DNA of 60,396 nt, the filler included, from Sphacelaria rigidula (lineage: Eukaryota): NCBI GenBank assembly GCA_964200075.2. It is 7 parts of 7 records of this genome, joined end to end, with 100 filler letters (N's around TTAATTAATTAA, not from the genome) between each part and the next. Parts side by side here need not be neighbours in the genome. Positions count along the whole stretch, not along the records: positions 43,213 to 51,754 come from CAXNAA020010845.1; positions 51,855 to 60,396 come from CAXNAA020010846.1; 5 more parts are not named here. One strand, 5' to 3'. Both the position numbers and the translations under genes were made by a program. Below are positions 49,260 through 60,396 of the stretch, piece by piece (position 1 is the first letter of the stretch; every line of letters begins with the position of its first letter). The notes under the pieces are model-generated. The model saw only the letters and a list, made by a program, of their open reading frames with translations. It made no database searches and was not told the DNA's origin.

Positions 49260-50094
49260 GAGCTCTCACCTCACTTTCTGAGGTGGAGGATGAAACTTGC
49301 TGTTGAGAATCGGTAGGGCATGATGAGAAAAAGTAATTCCCTCAGCCTGTTTTTCTCATCATGAGCCAACCCTTCGACGGCGAGCGTAGATCATCTCTCG
49401 AATCGGCTTCAAATTCACTTCTAAAAAGTATGCATAATCCAGCTGGACTACTATCGAGGCCAAGGGGTTGAGGGCAAAAAACAAGATACCGATTTCGCCA
49501 AAACGTCCCTAGGCCGCTCCTGATGGCAAGTAAGAAAAAATCTTGTAAAAATGCCTTGTCGCTCACTCTTCATCGTTTTACCCCCTAAAAAGGGCTAGGC
49601 GGAGTTCGACACCTTGGAATAGCTTGCTCTATTCGTTTAGACGATTTCAGGACAAGTCCGCGTTTTTCGATGACGCAGTTTTTTTCTTTGCGCCAAGCAA
49701 GCATGTTAGTCCAATAATGTTTCCGAACAGTCATTTCTATAAAAAAACTATCAATTTACTCTGGACTTGATCTTCTCTGGACAAGATACCTGTTTGGCCG
49801 AACAAAACTGCGGCCACCCGAAAACGCCAAGATACCCTTGAACCGTCTCAACGAATAGAGCAAGTCATTCCAAGTTGTCAAACTCCGCCTCTAGTAGCTC
49901 TCCTCTAGGGTGTAAAACGACGAAGAAGGACCAAATGGTATTTCGACAGGACTTTTTCTTTTGCCATAAGGAACGGCCTTGGCTCACGATGAAGAATCTC
50001 AGGGATGGGAAATAGCTTCATTCTTTCCGTCATGCCCTAGCGTTTTCCCGTACCAATTTTTCAAATGCAACTAAAAAAATTACGGTGAGAGTTC
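49260..50094. mobile_element. Large imperfect foldback element
   Basis: AGGCGGAGTTCGACACCTTGGAATAGCTTGCTCTATTCGTT pairs with AACGAATAGAGCAAGTCATTCCAAGTTGTCAAACTCCGCCT; pairing extends out to GAGCTCTCACC / GGTGAGAGTTC. Confidence 0.85.
49370..49467. mobile_element. 98-bp piggyBac-type MITE nested in the left arm of the foldback
   Basis: Colinear with 42489-42586 and absent from the matching right arm. Confidence 0.75.
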
Positions 50095-50689
50095 CATATT
50101 TACAACCCGGGCCAGCCGAGATCCTGAACATTATTTTGTAGGCCGTTCACCAACTCAGTTTTGATAGTTTTGGTATCAAATCAAGGGCATAGTATTAGTT
50201 TGAAAAATCTGCGGGGTGTCATTTTCCTCCACTTGTGAAGGACGTTTGAGGTTAATAAGGAGCATTATTTCACGTGAATATCCTCACGAAAAATTACAAT
50301 CGTGGTAACACGCGGTCATGTTTTGCTCATGCTCTTGTGATTTTCCATGCCAACATTTCGAAACACAATTCTTAAAACCGAACTGAGACAATGTGGCCGA
50401 TCCTTACGGCAAACATTGTTGAAACGCGAGTCGTGCGCTCAACTTTGGATCGTTTTCCATCAGATTTTGACACCATGTACTACAGGATTTGTGTGCAAAT
50501 ACCCAAAAACTGTTCTGAAATGTTCCGTCGCCAACAACTCATGTAGGGAGTAAAAAACATCATGTCAAAATTCTCCGACAACAGTCCAAAATTGAGCGCA
50601 CGACTCGCGTCATTCCGTCGACAACCGGTTTCTTCAGTATGTGGAGATGGACCAGTTACGAATAATTCAAACGCAGTTACGCTGTTTCA

Positions 50690-51355
50690 TTTCGAGTTGT
50701 TTTCGATGAAACTTCGACACGATGTACCGGACGTATGTGCGACGACCCCTTCTCAACCCCCCTGTTTGTTTTCCTTTCTTCGTATGTTATTGGTAATCTT
50801 GGTACGGTCTTCCGCATCCGCTTCTTGCGGGGTGCGAGGGATATGGAAGTCCTGGTCAGGCGATTGCGCTTGCCGATGATGCGAACACTACAGCGGATGC
50901 CTGCATTGGTCGTGATGCTTCCTCTTGGATATTTTTCCCGTCGAGGGGACATGATGTTCCCACCAGCCCGAACCGAATGTGGCGAAATAATACTGCTCCG
51001 CTCGTTGCCCCAGTTCGCAACAAGGTCTTCATCCAAGCGGGGCGGACCCATCGCATCGAGATTGGATTTTCGGTGAAGGTCGGTTGTGCCGCGTGTGTTG
51101 TCGTTCCCGAGTCGATTTCGATGAAATTTGACATCATGTACAGGACGTATGTGCAAACACCCCTTCGTTCCTCCCGTTCCTTTTTGTTCTTTCCTCGTAA
51201 TTTATTCGCGCGGAACATGTCATAACATTTTTTCTGTGACAGTATTACCAATAACTCACGAAAAAAGAGGAAGACAAACAAGGGGTAAAAAGGGGTCGTC
51301 GCATATACGTCCTGTGCATTAGTGTCAAATTTTCATCGAAAACAGCTCGAAATCA
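50690..51355. mobile_element. Composite inverted-repeat element: three copies of a ~100-120-bp arm
   Basis: Arm TTTCGATGAAA...ATGTAC-GGACGTATGTGC...ACCCCTT at 50690 (+), 51109 (+) and 51240-51355 (-). Confidence 0.75.
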
Positions 51356-51356
51356 A

Positions 51357-51454
51357 CTCTTAGACCGCGAGATTAGTCTTTCTGGATCATGCATACTTTT
51401 CTTCACTTGAAATTGATGTCGATTCAACAGAAGACGAACCTCGTGGTCTAAGGG
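51357..51454. mobile_element. 98-bp piggyBac-type MITE (opposite orientation)
   Basis: TCAA|CTCTTAGACCGCGA...TCGTGGTCTAAGGG|TTCA; internal sequence is the reverse complement of the 42489 copy. Confidence 0.75.
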
Positions 51455-51754
51455 TTCAACAGCACAAACGCGTTGGAGACCTTGTGGGATAGCAGTGCTA
51501 CACGGTGATGTAGACGCGCGCTGATCTGCCGATTACCACGATGGGTCATGATAGGAACAACCCGCGATACATCGTTAGTTAGAACGGGCTAAAGGAAAGT
51601 GAGCTTCTTAGGCGGACCAGCCTGTACAAGATTTTCTCTTGTTCACCACCTGGAACCGCCTGAGTTGAGGATCAACGACTGATTATTTCACGGTTAGGAC
51701 AAATAATGATTCGTCAGGAAATTACTTGGTTTTAGTATAATAAGTTGACTCATG

Positions 51755-51854
51755 NNNNNNNNNNNNNNNNNNNNNNNNNNNNNNNNNNNNNNNNNNNNTT
51801 AATTAATTAANNNNNNNNNNNNNNNNNNNNNNNNNNNNNNNNNNNNNNNNNNNN
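51755..51854. other. Artificial scaffold linker
   Basis: N-TTAATTAATTAA-N, 100 bp. Confidence 0.99.
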
Positions 51855-53600
51855 ATGACTCACTTAAAGCGAATGATCAAAGCCACTCTCAATCGAAGAT
51901 CTACTCCCAATCTCACGAAAACGTTATTTGCTGCTGCTTGTCTTCGAAAAAAGACCGTACTCTTGTGCAGACGGAACAGGGCACAGCAGGGGAGGAACAA
52001 TGCGAGAAAATCACACCTAAACGGAACTATTTTTTCTCCGAAGGGAAGAGAGCTTTCATCTACACTTCCATCATCATCCAAAAAAAGTTGACAACGTACA
52101 GTCGCAGGACACGGAGCTGCTGAAGCACAGTGCAGTGGAAGGTGGCCAACACTCACAAAGACAAATCGCGAAAGCGTATCATTCGCACGTTGTCGACACG
52201 CCAGGCTGGACATACGAAGAAACAAGGAAATTACACAGCATCAAACATGAAACACGAGAGTCAAAGACGAATCAAGGAGTATCAGGTGCCAAGATCAGTA
52301 CAGTCAACACCGAGCTCTCTTACAAGACCGACAAGGCTGACGAAACAATAAACCCGCCCAACATGTATACACCATGCCTCTACCAACCTCGATGGTAGGC
52401 CGGAGAAAGTCAACAGATGCCACGATCGCCCGAGAACATAGGAGAAAATCCATTTCATGACGAAATTCATGAAACAACGAAGAAACAACAACGACATTCA
52501 CTACATGACTACCTGAGGCCCAGAACCTCGCACCGAGAGCAGGAGACGGAAAACAGTAATGGGAAAATATATAATGCGCAACAAGAAAATAAAACACAAA
52601 GGAGGATTGAGAATGCACAACGCTACAAGCTCGGAACACACGCGAAACAAATCTCAGAGCTGCCCAGAGACAGACTGAAGCACGCGCAAAACATGGTCAC
52701 CAACATGGAGCAGGACCACCTTTGTTTTCACCACCTCTAGAAAAACGCCCTGCAGACGCGGCAACAGCCGAAACCGGCAAAGCGAAACAAACTTCACTCA
52801 TCACATGATCTATCTAAAGCACAACGCTCGGGGGGAGGGGGGCAGGGGAGAGGGTAAGACGAAACAATCGCATGTAGAAAAAAGAGCCGAAAAAATAATT
52901 CTGGGCCACAATATGATCTACAAAGAACGCTCACAAAACAAAACTAGTGACAACGCGAATGTACGTGAAGCCCACACAGAAGCATATTATACACCACACA
53001 AACCGCTCGTTCCAACAATCGAATGGCTCGAAATATATATGTTAAGAAAGAAACGACGTGCCAAACGCACGAGCGGGAGATGTAGCTCTTGGGCACAGAC
53101 AGCTCAATCTGAGTCGACAAGACGAGCCGATTCCCTAGTACCAAAGCCATGGAAATCACGTAATACTGTACTGTTGCACAGTTAAAGTCCTCCCTCAACG
53201 TTAGGCCCTATGCTAGTTCTTTGGTGCTTGACGATACACAACACCTCTCCTCCCCCACCGGATGATAAGACTTGCCCACACTGCATCTCGAGGCGGAAAA
53301 TATTATTATCTCCAATCCATCCTCAGGTGAGAACTACTCGGCAAGATATTTCCATCGCCATGTTTTTGCGGGCATGACCGTACACGCCGTGTGCCCCTGT
53401 GCCGCAGAAAACATCGTACTCAGCATTCAAGAGATAACTGATCGTTTTGAGGGGGGGGGGGGGGGGGGACAGGGGCCGGTGAAGCAAACGCCCCCGCCCA
53501 CACCAGCTTGGCAGGGGTGTTATACCGGGTTTACCTACNNNNNNNNNNGCCCCGGTGGCGCGTGGATCGACAGAGAAGGCGCGGATAGCGTAGGAGGGGT

Positions 53601-53643
<43 letters not shown>

Positions 53644-53857
53644 ATGCGCGCGTGAAGCATACGCACGCGCACACACCAGCTTGGCACGGGTGTTATACTC
53701 GGTTTACCTACTCACAGCGTATACAGATGCAGAAAAACATAGACATGGATGTACACGTATAACATAAAATAGGTACTTATAAACTATCGGTGGGTTCGAC
53801 CCGCCCGTCATTGCGTTTACATACGAAACCAAGAGGAGTATGTATGTAGTGTGAGTG

Positions 53858-53971
53858 TCATTTCCGGACTTGAGGCCCCCAGATGATCACCGATCCGTCG
53901 TCGCTGCAAGACGCCATCATGCCTGCCTCTGTGCGATTCCACGCAACCGAGTTCACCACATCGGCGTGTCC
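53858..53971 (-). CDS. Terminal exon of a WD40-repeat protein (WDR26/GID7-like last blade)
   Basis: cag|GGA...[40 protein letters not shown] is a textbook GH...SxDxxxxIW repeat. Not in the ORF track. Confidence 0.85.
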   Translation of the reverse strand, partial: GHADVVNSVAWNRTEAGMMASCSDDGSVIIWGPQVRK

Positions 53972-53991
53972 CTGTTGTAATCAAGCGGGGT

Positions 53992-54113
53992 TGGCGCGTG
54001 TGTGTCGTGGGATTCAAGATGTTGAGGTTAACGCGTATACACAGTTTCGTCTGGCGCGCGTGTGTCGTGGGATCCAAGATGTTGGGGTTAACGCGTATTC
54101 ACCGTTTCACCTG
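53992..54113. repeat. 60-bp tandem duplication just inside the intron
   Basis: TGGCGCG(T/C)GTGTGTCGTGGGAT-CAAGATGTTG-GGTTAACGCGTAT occurs twice. Confidence 0.9.
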
Positions 54114-54979
54114 GAAAGTTCATGAACTTTGGGCGTTCTGAAGAAGAATGTCGTTGCCTTTCGGTAGAAGATCATCTTGTGTCAAGTACAGAGCTGTCAC
54201 CTACGATATCATCGGCTGGACCTGTACTTCTTCGGTGAGACGAAGACAGGGCCTTCAGCTACAGCGTTTATGCACTCCTTCAGTGTGCTGTTTTCTGTTT
54301 TCATGTAGGTCAGCAGCCCCGCTCTTCCTCCTCCGTGGAACTGACGGCCAAGCGACTACACGTCACTGATCGCAAATCACCGGATAGAAGCTGACAGCCG
54401 CGTTGTATTTCTCGAGAAAAAGACGGGCACTTGAAAAGTTCCGTACACAACGCAGTGACATTTCCACACTTATTTTCCCCCACAAGCATTACTGTGAAAC
54501 CACCAAGGCGTCCCTGACGAGACTGTGATTCGGACCTCGCTTCGTTTGTTTACACTCGTACTTAAACCGTATCATGTAACGGTAGGATGGGGGTGGGGTT
54601 CGGGGAGTTGGGGGGGGGGGAGGGGGCGGTCGTGCCCGGCCTGCTACACAGGAAGTACATCTTCAACGTTGCTCAATAGAGTAGATGACGTAGCTGCAGT
54701 CAAAATACAGGTGATCTTACTCATTATTGCGGTATGCTCAGGTGTTCAACAATTTCTGGCCTCCAGGTGTTTGACAACACCAACTATATCAATTGACTAG
54801 TGTTCATACCCTGGGGATGAGTAGTGAGCAGTGTTTTTACGCATGGCCGCGAGATCGAGAGAGACATCACCGGCCCCGACTTCCTGAATAGCACACAACT
54901 TTGTTGAAATGAAACAAGCACGTCCTGCCAGCTTTATATTTTTCTGGTAGACATGCCGGGGTATGTACAGTGTCTGCAG

Positions 54980-55247
54980 GTGATGGATTGATTATCACAA
55001 CATTAGCTGATCTCCGAGGGACCTACGCAAGGTAATCAAAACGGGAGCGCTCGCTGAACAAAATGAAGGTGGAGAAAAAGAAATGATGCAACGAACGGAC
55101 TGGGCAGAAAAACAAACATAAAAACAAACAAAAACACACACACACAAAGCAACGAGCAGATCAAGAAAGGGAAAGGAAAAGAAAAGAGAAACAGCTACAA
55201 GAAGAGAAACAAGCGGTCACGGCAAAAAATACATGGAAAATGACGAG

Positions 55248-55278
<31 letters not shown>

Positions 55279-56255
55279 GGCCGGTCCCTGCAACATAGTT
55301 TCCGGCGAACAACGAAAAAAAGGTGGTGCCCGGAATGCGATCCGAACACAAAACTAAACCAAAAAGGCTGTGAGAGCAAACTGCGGCTTAGCTATTTCGA
55401 ACCATTTTTTACTTCGGCATGAACTCTCACTCGCGAGCCCTGCGGAAGTAAGGCACCAAGCTACCAGTGCGCAACACAGTGAAATGAAACAGCGGTAGAC
55501 GGAAGAGATACGGAGAGAAAAAGGAGAGAAGAGAGAGAAGGAAGATTGTGGGATCGACGAAACCCAAGGACAGCGTCGAACACTTACAGGGGCACAACTA
55601 GTGAGACCACAAGGCCATGAGCGAAGGAAAAGTCAACAACCGATTACACAGGGGGAGTGTCGTTTTGTTGTGAAGACCTGCTCAACCTCGATTTTCCCAC
55701 TTCCTAGTCGGGGCACAAAGAGGGTCAGTCTCTCCACCAATTCGATCTTGGATTTTCGCGAGCTGTTGCTGTTGTCACGTCGGCATTGGCGACCCTCCGA
55801 CTGACGGCTCTCGATCCAGCAGCCTCTCGCATATGGTGAACGTCCGATTGAAGTTTATCTTCGCGTCGCAACGTCTCCGAACTCTCCCGCACCCTTCTCG
55901 ACGCCAGCGTGCTATTTATCCATGTTCTTCGTCACAGCTACATACTCGTGTGCATCTTTGGCCTCCACACCGTAGATCAATCACTTCAGCCGTGTTCATG
56001 CCTGTGGAAAAGCGCCCAGTACACTCTAAGGAGGAGCCCCTAATTGTTTGAGGGGCTAGTCAGCCTTCTCGGGCCCTTGTGTGGTTAGCCGAACGAATAT
56101 GATGCGCTCAGGAAGACGCGTTTCGTCCTGCAGGATAAGGGCTCCCGCGAATCACAGTTGACACTTGCGGGTAATCGTCTCGGCACCTTCGCAGTTGGTC
56201 GTCTCGAACACATCTCTGTACAAAAGAGTCTTACAGCCTTCGTCGTCGTGGTCGA
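54980..56255 (-). mobile_element. Degenerate RTE-like LINE 3' end
   Basis: YRDVFETTNCEGAETITRKCQL*FAGALILQDETRLPERIIF; colinear with 1350-2400. Confidence 0.8.
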
Positions 56256-56269
56256 CCCTCTCACGCTCG

Positions 56270-57140
56270 GTGGTCACTGTAATGCGTGTTCAGATCGCAT
56301 GCTTCAAGAGGACCGCATCGGAGTTTGAACACCCCGGGACCGACTTGTCGGGAGCACCGCTTGCGCCGGATGAGAGCAGCGACCGCACCTCTCGGGCACA
56401 CCGGAGCCGCGCTATTTATCGAGCCAGGGGTAGCGAAGCCAGGCAAGGTGAATGGAGTGACACGAAGACGACGCAGCGTGCGTGCCCTTAAAAGGAGTAG
56501 GGCAAGGATTTCACGGGTCGGACGAATGAACGATTCGTCTGTAAATTACTTGATTTTAGTGTGATTGATTCGTACCGTACGAATCAATCCTCAGGCTTTG
56601 TTTTCAGCGTTGCAACCCAGGTACGCGCAGCCCAGGCACGTGGAATGGCGCAAAAGTTGCTGTTTGACTAGGGGCCGATGGTTTTTCTTCTCTTCCGAGC
56701 AATCAGGCCAAAAAATCGTGGATTTCGTGATTCGAACCCGCGATGATTCGTCCGACCCGTGAAGGAGTCGAAAACTATGAAATTCAAGGTCCAGAAACTC
56801 GTCTAGGAGTCGTTCTTGCATGTGTGTTGTGGTGGAAAGAACTTGGCACCGGCTAATTTTCGGGACGTGTCGGCGCTACCCACGTCGTAATGATAATATC
56901 GACGGACTGATGCTCGGCACAGGTACCAGCCGCCGAGACCGACCCGTCCGATGCTCAGTATCAGCAGGTACTGAAATGTGGATTGCATGCGGTCCACTTT
57001 GCCACTCAAAGTAACTTCGAAGCAAACGCACGAGTCAAGGTCCGGTCCCTGCGGTGCCACCTCCACTGAGGAGAACAGCAATTTTCGAGAAGTGTGATTC
57101 CGAAACAAAGTAGAGCAAGCATTGCAAAAAGTATGACCCC
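56270..57140 (+). repeat. Dispersed repeat, copy A (carries the MITE insertion); inverted relative to 59565-60265
   Basis: Shared blocks CTGTAATGCGTGTTCAGA, AGCCAGGGGTAGCGAAGCCAGGC, GACTGATGCTCGG, CTGAGGAGAA. Confidence 0.9.
56512..56761. mobile_element. 250-bp hAT-type MITE
   Basis: Perfect 16-bp TIR CACGGGTCGGACGAAT; flanks AAGGATTT/AAGGAGTC; empty site with a single AAGGATTT in the paralogous copy near 60037-60044 (-). Confidence 0.9.
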
Positions 57141-57954
57141 GGCAAGACGGTAAAGCAAGATAACGAGGATGTAGGGACGCAGGGGAAAACAGTCGCTACA
57201 ACAGTCATACTCGTACGTGAACTTGTGAGATAGAGTTTACACCACAATAAACGGTGCCCTCCCCAGCATCTGTACGTCTTCAGGCGCGGAAATTTTGATG
57301 CCGTCAAAGTTCTCACGACCACACCGATTGAGTGCTGCTCGGTACCTGTACGTCCCTATCGCTCACACGAGCCACCTCGGATTGTAGCCCCTACGGACAA
57401 GTAGTGCTGGGGTCTGAAATGAATGCGGTTCAAAATACCTGATCCCAAGATACTCTAACATGAACACACCAGTTAAGATCAACGAACTGCGATGTAACCT
57501 AGAAACAGAAGGCGAGGAAGGAACAAAGAGGGTTACCCCGAAGAGAAGGCAGAGCAGGCCTACACCTTCCTCACGACCGCATTGAAAGACGGATGCAAGA
57601 TACTTGAGCTAGCTGGGCCGGCCAAGGCTCCGTCGCCCCAGTCTACACGTCATGCGCGGCGCAAGTTTTTGGATTCCGGGGTGAAACTTTGACAGCAGAA
57701 AAACAAGACATGGGCCTACCACAGGATTGGAACCTGCCAAGTTTTTTTTATTCAACCCCAACTCTAAGCGATGCAATTTTTGGGCTTTCATTCATATCCC
57801 CTACGAGGGAAAGTAAGTGGACCAAGGAGAAAAAAAAACGAAAACGGTTTCAGTCCGATGGCGAACTCATGTGGTGTTTCTCTGCCGTCAATTTTTTACA
57901 CCGACAGTCGAGGCCATGCGCCGCGGATCGTCGTTTTCACGTATATACCACCTG

Positions 57955-58095
57955 AATGCTCCGTGGTCTACAGGGTGCAGAGAACGTGTGTTCGATTCCC
58001 GCCGGAAGCGTCTTTTGTTCTTCCCTGAAATATACGACTCCACCATCGAAAACAAGAGGACACAACGAGAGATGCGTTGATCCAAAAGCGGAAAT
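57955..58095 (+). mobile_element. tRNA-derived SINE-like repeat (copy 2)
   Basis: AGGGTGCAGAGAACGTGTGTTCGATTCCCG matches the 270-447 (-) copy, with similar downstream body. Confidence 0.5.
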
Positions 58096-58639
58096 CACGG
58101 AATCGTCCCCAAGGCGAAGGAGGGGTTTGGAGCAAAAAAATAAAAATTCTTGATAGAGTGTTATGAAATAAAGTTCGTGTGCCGATAACATACGGGGTTG
58201 AATACAGCACGTGCCCATACATTCGGCAGGGACAAAGTGCCGGCGATTCTGCTGGGTATGATATACCAGGCGCGTTGTACTTTCTAGACTACACGTAGCA
58301 CTCCACCTGGTACCACGCCTTTTTTCGGAACAATACAATTGCACACGTACCGGACGCCCACACCAGCCATATCGGAATGTAGTTAGTTCCTCGGGATCTG
58401 CAGCTACTGAAATTTGAGACAGACGCGAATCATAACCTAATTCTAAGAAGCTCCTGCATGAAAACGTCTGTCAGGACGAACGCACTGCGTTGTCACCTCC
58501 GCTGTGGAGAGCAACGATCGAGAATTGTGACCCCGAAGAGAAGGCAGAGCAAGGACCTTTAACATATAGATATCAACAACAAATAGACCGTGGAAACGCT
58601 GTCCTCGTGTGTTCACATGTCGTGAAAAGGAGGTTGCAC

Positions 58640-59330
58640 CTAGAATACTACATGAAGAATCGGTGCCATCTCCCCTACCTTCACGTTTTCCGAGAACTTT
58701 CGGCGCCGCCTACGTTCCCACGACCGCATTCACCAAGTTGATGTGCTTGGTGAAGAAGCTTTCCGACAGAAGTTGGCATCAATCGTCGAGGCACAGCAAG
58801 AGTTGCACATGAAGGTACTACAGCGTGTCCAGCAGAATCGCGAGTTTCAGCAGTTTCCAAACGTTGTGGTTTACGATAACGTGCTGGAGGCAAGGGTGCG
58901 GCGCTCGGAAACAACACCGGAGCTCGTGAGCACGTGGGCAGGGCCTTGACGGGTCGTGACCGCGAATAAACACAAGGTATACGCGGGGTCTAGAACATTG
59001 TGACGGGTGAGGTACAGGACATGCATGTCGCCCGACCTTATGCAGACAAGGTGCTGAAGGTTACTGACGATCTGAAGGAGGTGTTCCAGAATGCTTTTGC
59101 ACAACCAGAGTTCGAGATGGCGGTTGTCGTCGGTATATGTGAGGGCGAGGCAGGAGACGGATTCTACGTACGAGCGGAGTGAGTCGGGTTTGGTCAGGAT
59201 GAAAACTCATGGGAGTTGGAAACAGTCTTGGAAGAAGCACCGTATTTTGTATAATCTGCGCTGCGTAAGTCGAGACTGAGTCCAAGGGTTAGGGCACCTT
59301 TTGCAGGCAAAGTACGGTATCAAGCTTTGA
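58640..59330 (+). mobile_element. Ty3/gypsy (chromovirus-type) integrase C-terminus plus chromodomain remnant
   Basis: DNVLEARVRR...LVSTWAGP*RVV (GPY/F-like), VTGEVQDMHVAR, EFEMAVVVGI...FYVRAE*VGFGQDENSWE (chromodomain); stops and frameshifts. Confidence 0.85.
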
Positions 59331-59564
59331 GTTTTAAATTGATGTAATTGTCGACGGCTACTGATTGAGATGGCATCGTGCTTGGTGCGTTTGTACTGTG
59401 TGCGAGTGTGCCATGACTAGCAATCGCCATTGACTGAACTGTCCACTTCACAGATTTGGATTGGGATTTTCGTATCTCACAGTTAGGGATGACGTATTTT
59501 GTATCGACTAATCTTTCCGTGTCTCCACATCCTTAGTACCTTGCTTTGCCTCATTGCCGGGCTC

Positions 59565-60265
59565 ACACTTCGCGATCCTTGCTCCCCCTTGTTTCAGGGT
59601 CACGCTTTTCGAATTTTACTCTTCTCCTCAGCGGAGGTGACACCGCAGTGATGTGGTCTTGACTTCTGTGTTTACTTCGAAGCTGCCCTGGAGGGCAAAG
59701 TAACCCACGTGCGACACACATTTCAATGTCTGTTATTACTGAGCATCGCATGGGTCGTCTCGGCAGCTGGTAACTGTAAGTACCGAGCATCAGTCTGTCG
59801 ATGCGGTCATGAGCAGGCAAAAATGCCCAACCCAGGACTCGAGCTCGACTGCCGGTGTGAAGAAACAGTGTTCTACTTACGATACGAGCAGAAAAACAAA
59901 AGCAACCGAGCCAGGGCTCGAACATGGTAGACGTCGACATCTCCTTACAATACGCTGGTGCCAACTCTTTTCCGTCACAACACATATACGAGAAGGAATA
60001 CTAGACGAGTTACTGGTGCCTCAATTTATAGATTTCAAATCCTTGCTCTCGTCTTTTTCGGGGAAAATTGCATCGTCATCGTGCGCTCCGGTCACCTCGC
60101 CTGGCTTCGCTACCCCTGGCTTGACAAATAGCGGCTGCGGTGTGCTCGGGGCGTGGTCCGCTCTCATCCAGTCCGAGCAATTCTCCCGACACGTCGATCC
60201 AGGGTTGCTCAAACTTGGATGCGGTCCTCGAAGCACGCGGTCTGAACACGCATTACAGTTGTCAC
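59565..60265 (-). repeat. Dispersed repeat, copy B (lacks the MITE)
   Basis: Reverse complement is colinear with 56270-57140. Confidence 0.9.
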
Positions 60266-60325
60266 TTCAGCTCCCAACTTGCATGCCCTTTTACATGCTC
60301 AGTGAGCCATAAGCGGCCCTTACTG

Positions 60326-60396
60326 TGTACTCATGATCATGCTTGCCATAGTCATCAGACCATTGACCTCGCATCCCTACAAAGCCGGGACGGAGC
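60326..60396 (+). mobile_element. LTR start without PPT (TGTACTCATG family), cut by window end
   Basis: TGTACTCATGATCATGC...CCATTGACCTCGCATCCCTACAAAGCCGGGACGGAGC. Confidence 0.75.

Noticed and set aside
53499..53712. 40-bp direct repeat flanking a poly-G tract
   Set aside because: The copies sit either side of a 10-N gap; most likely duplicated, low-quality contig ends.

Overview
This window is not one locus. It is seven unrelated scaffolds of 8,542-8,543 bp joined by 100-bp N/TTAATTAATTAA linkers (scaffolds 1-8543, 8644-17186, 17287-25828, 25929-34470, 34571-43112, 43213-51754, 51855-60396). The DNA is eukaryotic, with short GT-AG exons in long, repeat-filled introns. Gene content and repeat style suggest a brown alga or related ochrophyte (inference). 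Spliced genes I could reconstruct, all on the minus strand: (i) a coiled-coil protein with at least 8 tandem Tudor/Agenet-like domains (4053-7920); (ii) six phase-0 exons of a protein resembling the complex-plastid import factor PPP1 (19781-25694); (iii) a 4-exon gene whose product tracks the LOG/SLOG fold but lacks the PGGxGTxxE motif (28930-31878); (iv) the last exon of a WD40 protein (53858-53971). The remainder is mostly decayed mobile DNA: RTE-like and other LINEs, two Ty3/gypsy chromodomain remnants (one with an extra Tudor-like tail), a PPT+LTR family, hAT-type and piggyBac-type MITEs, foldback elements and two adjacent minisatellites. No CRISPR array, rRNA or intact tRNA was found. All family assignments are by eye, without database searches.
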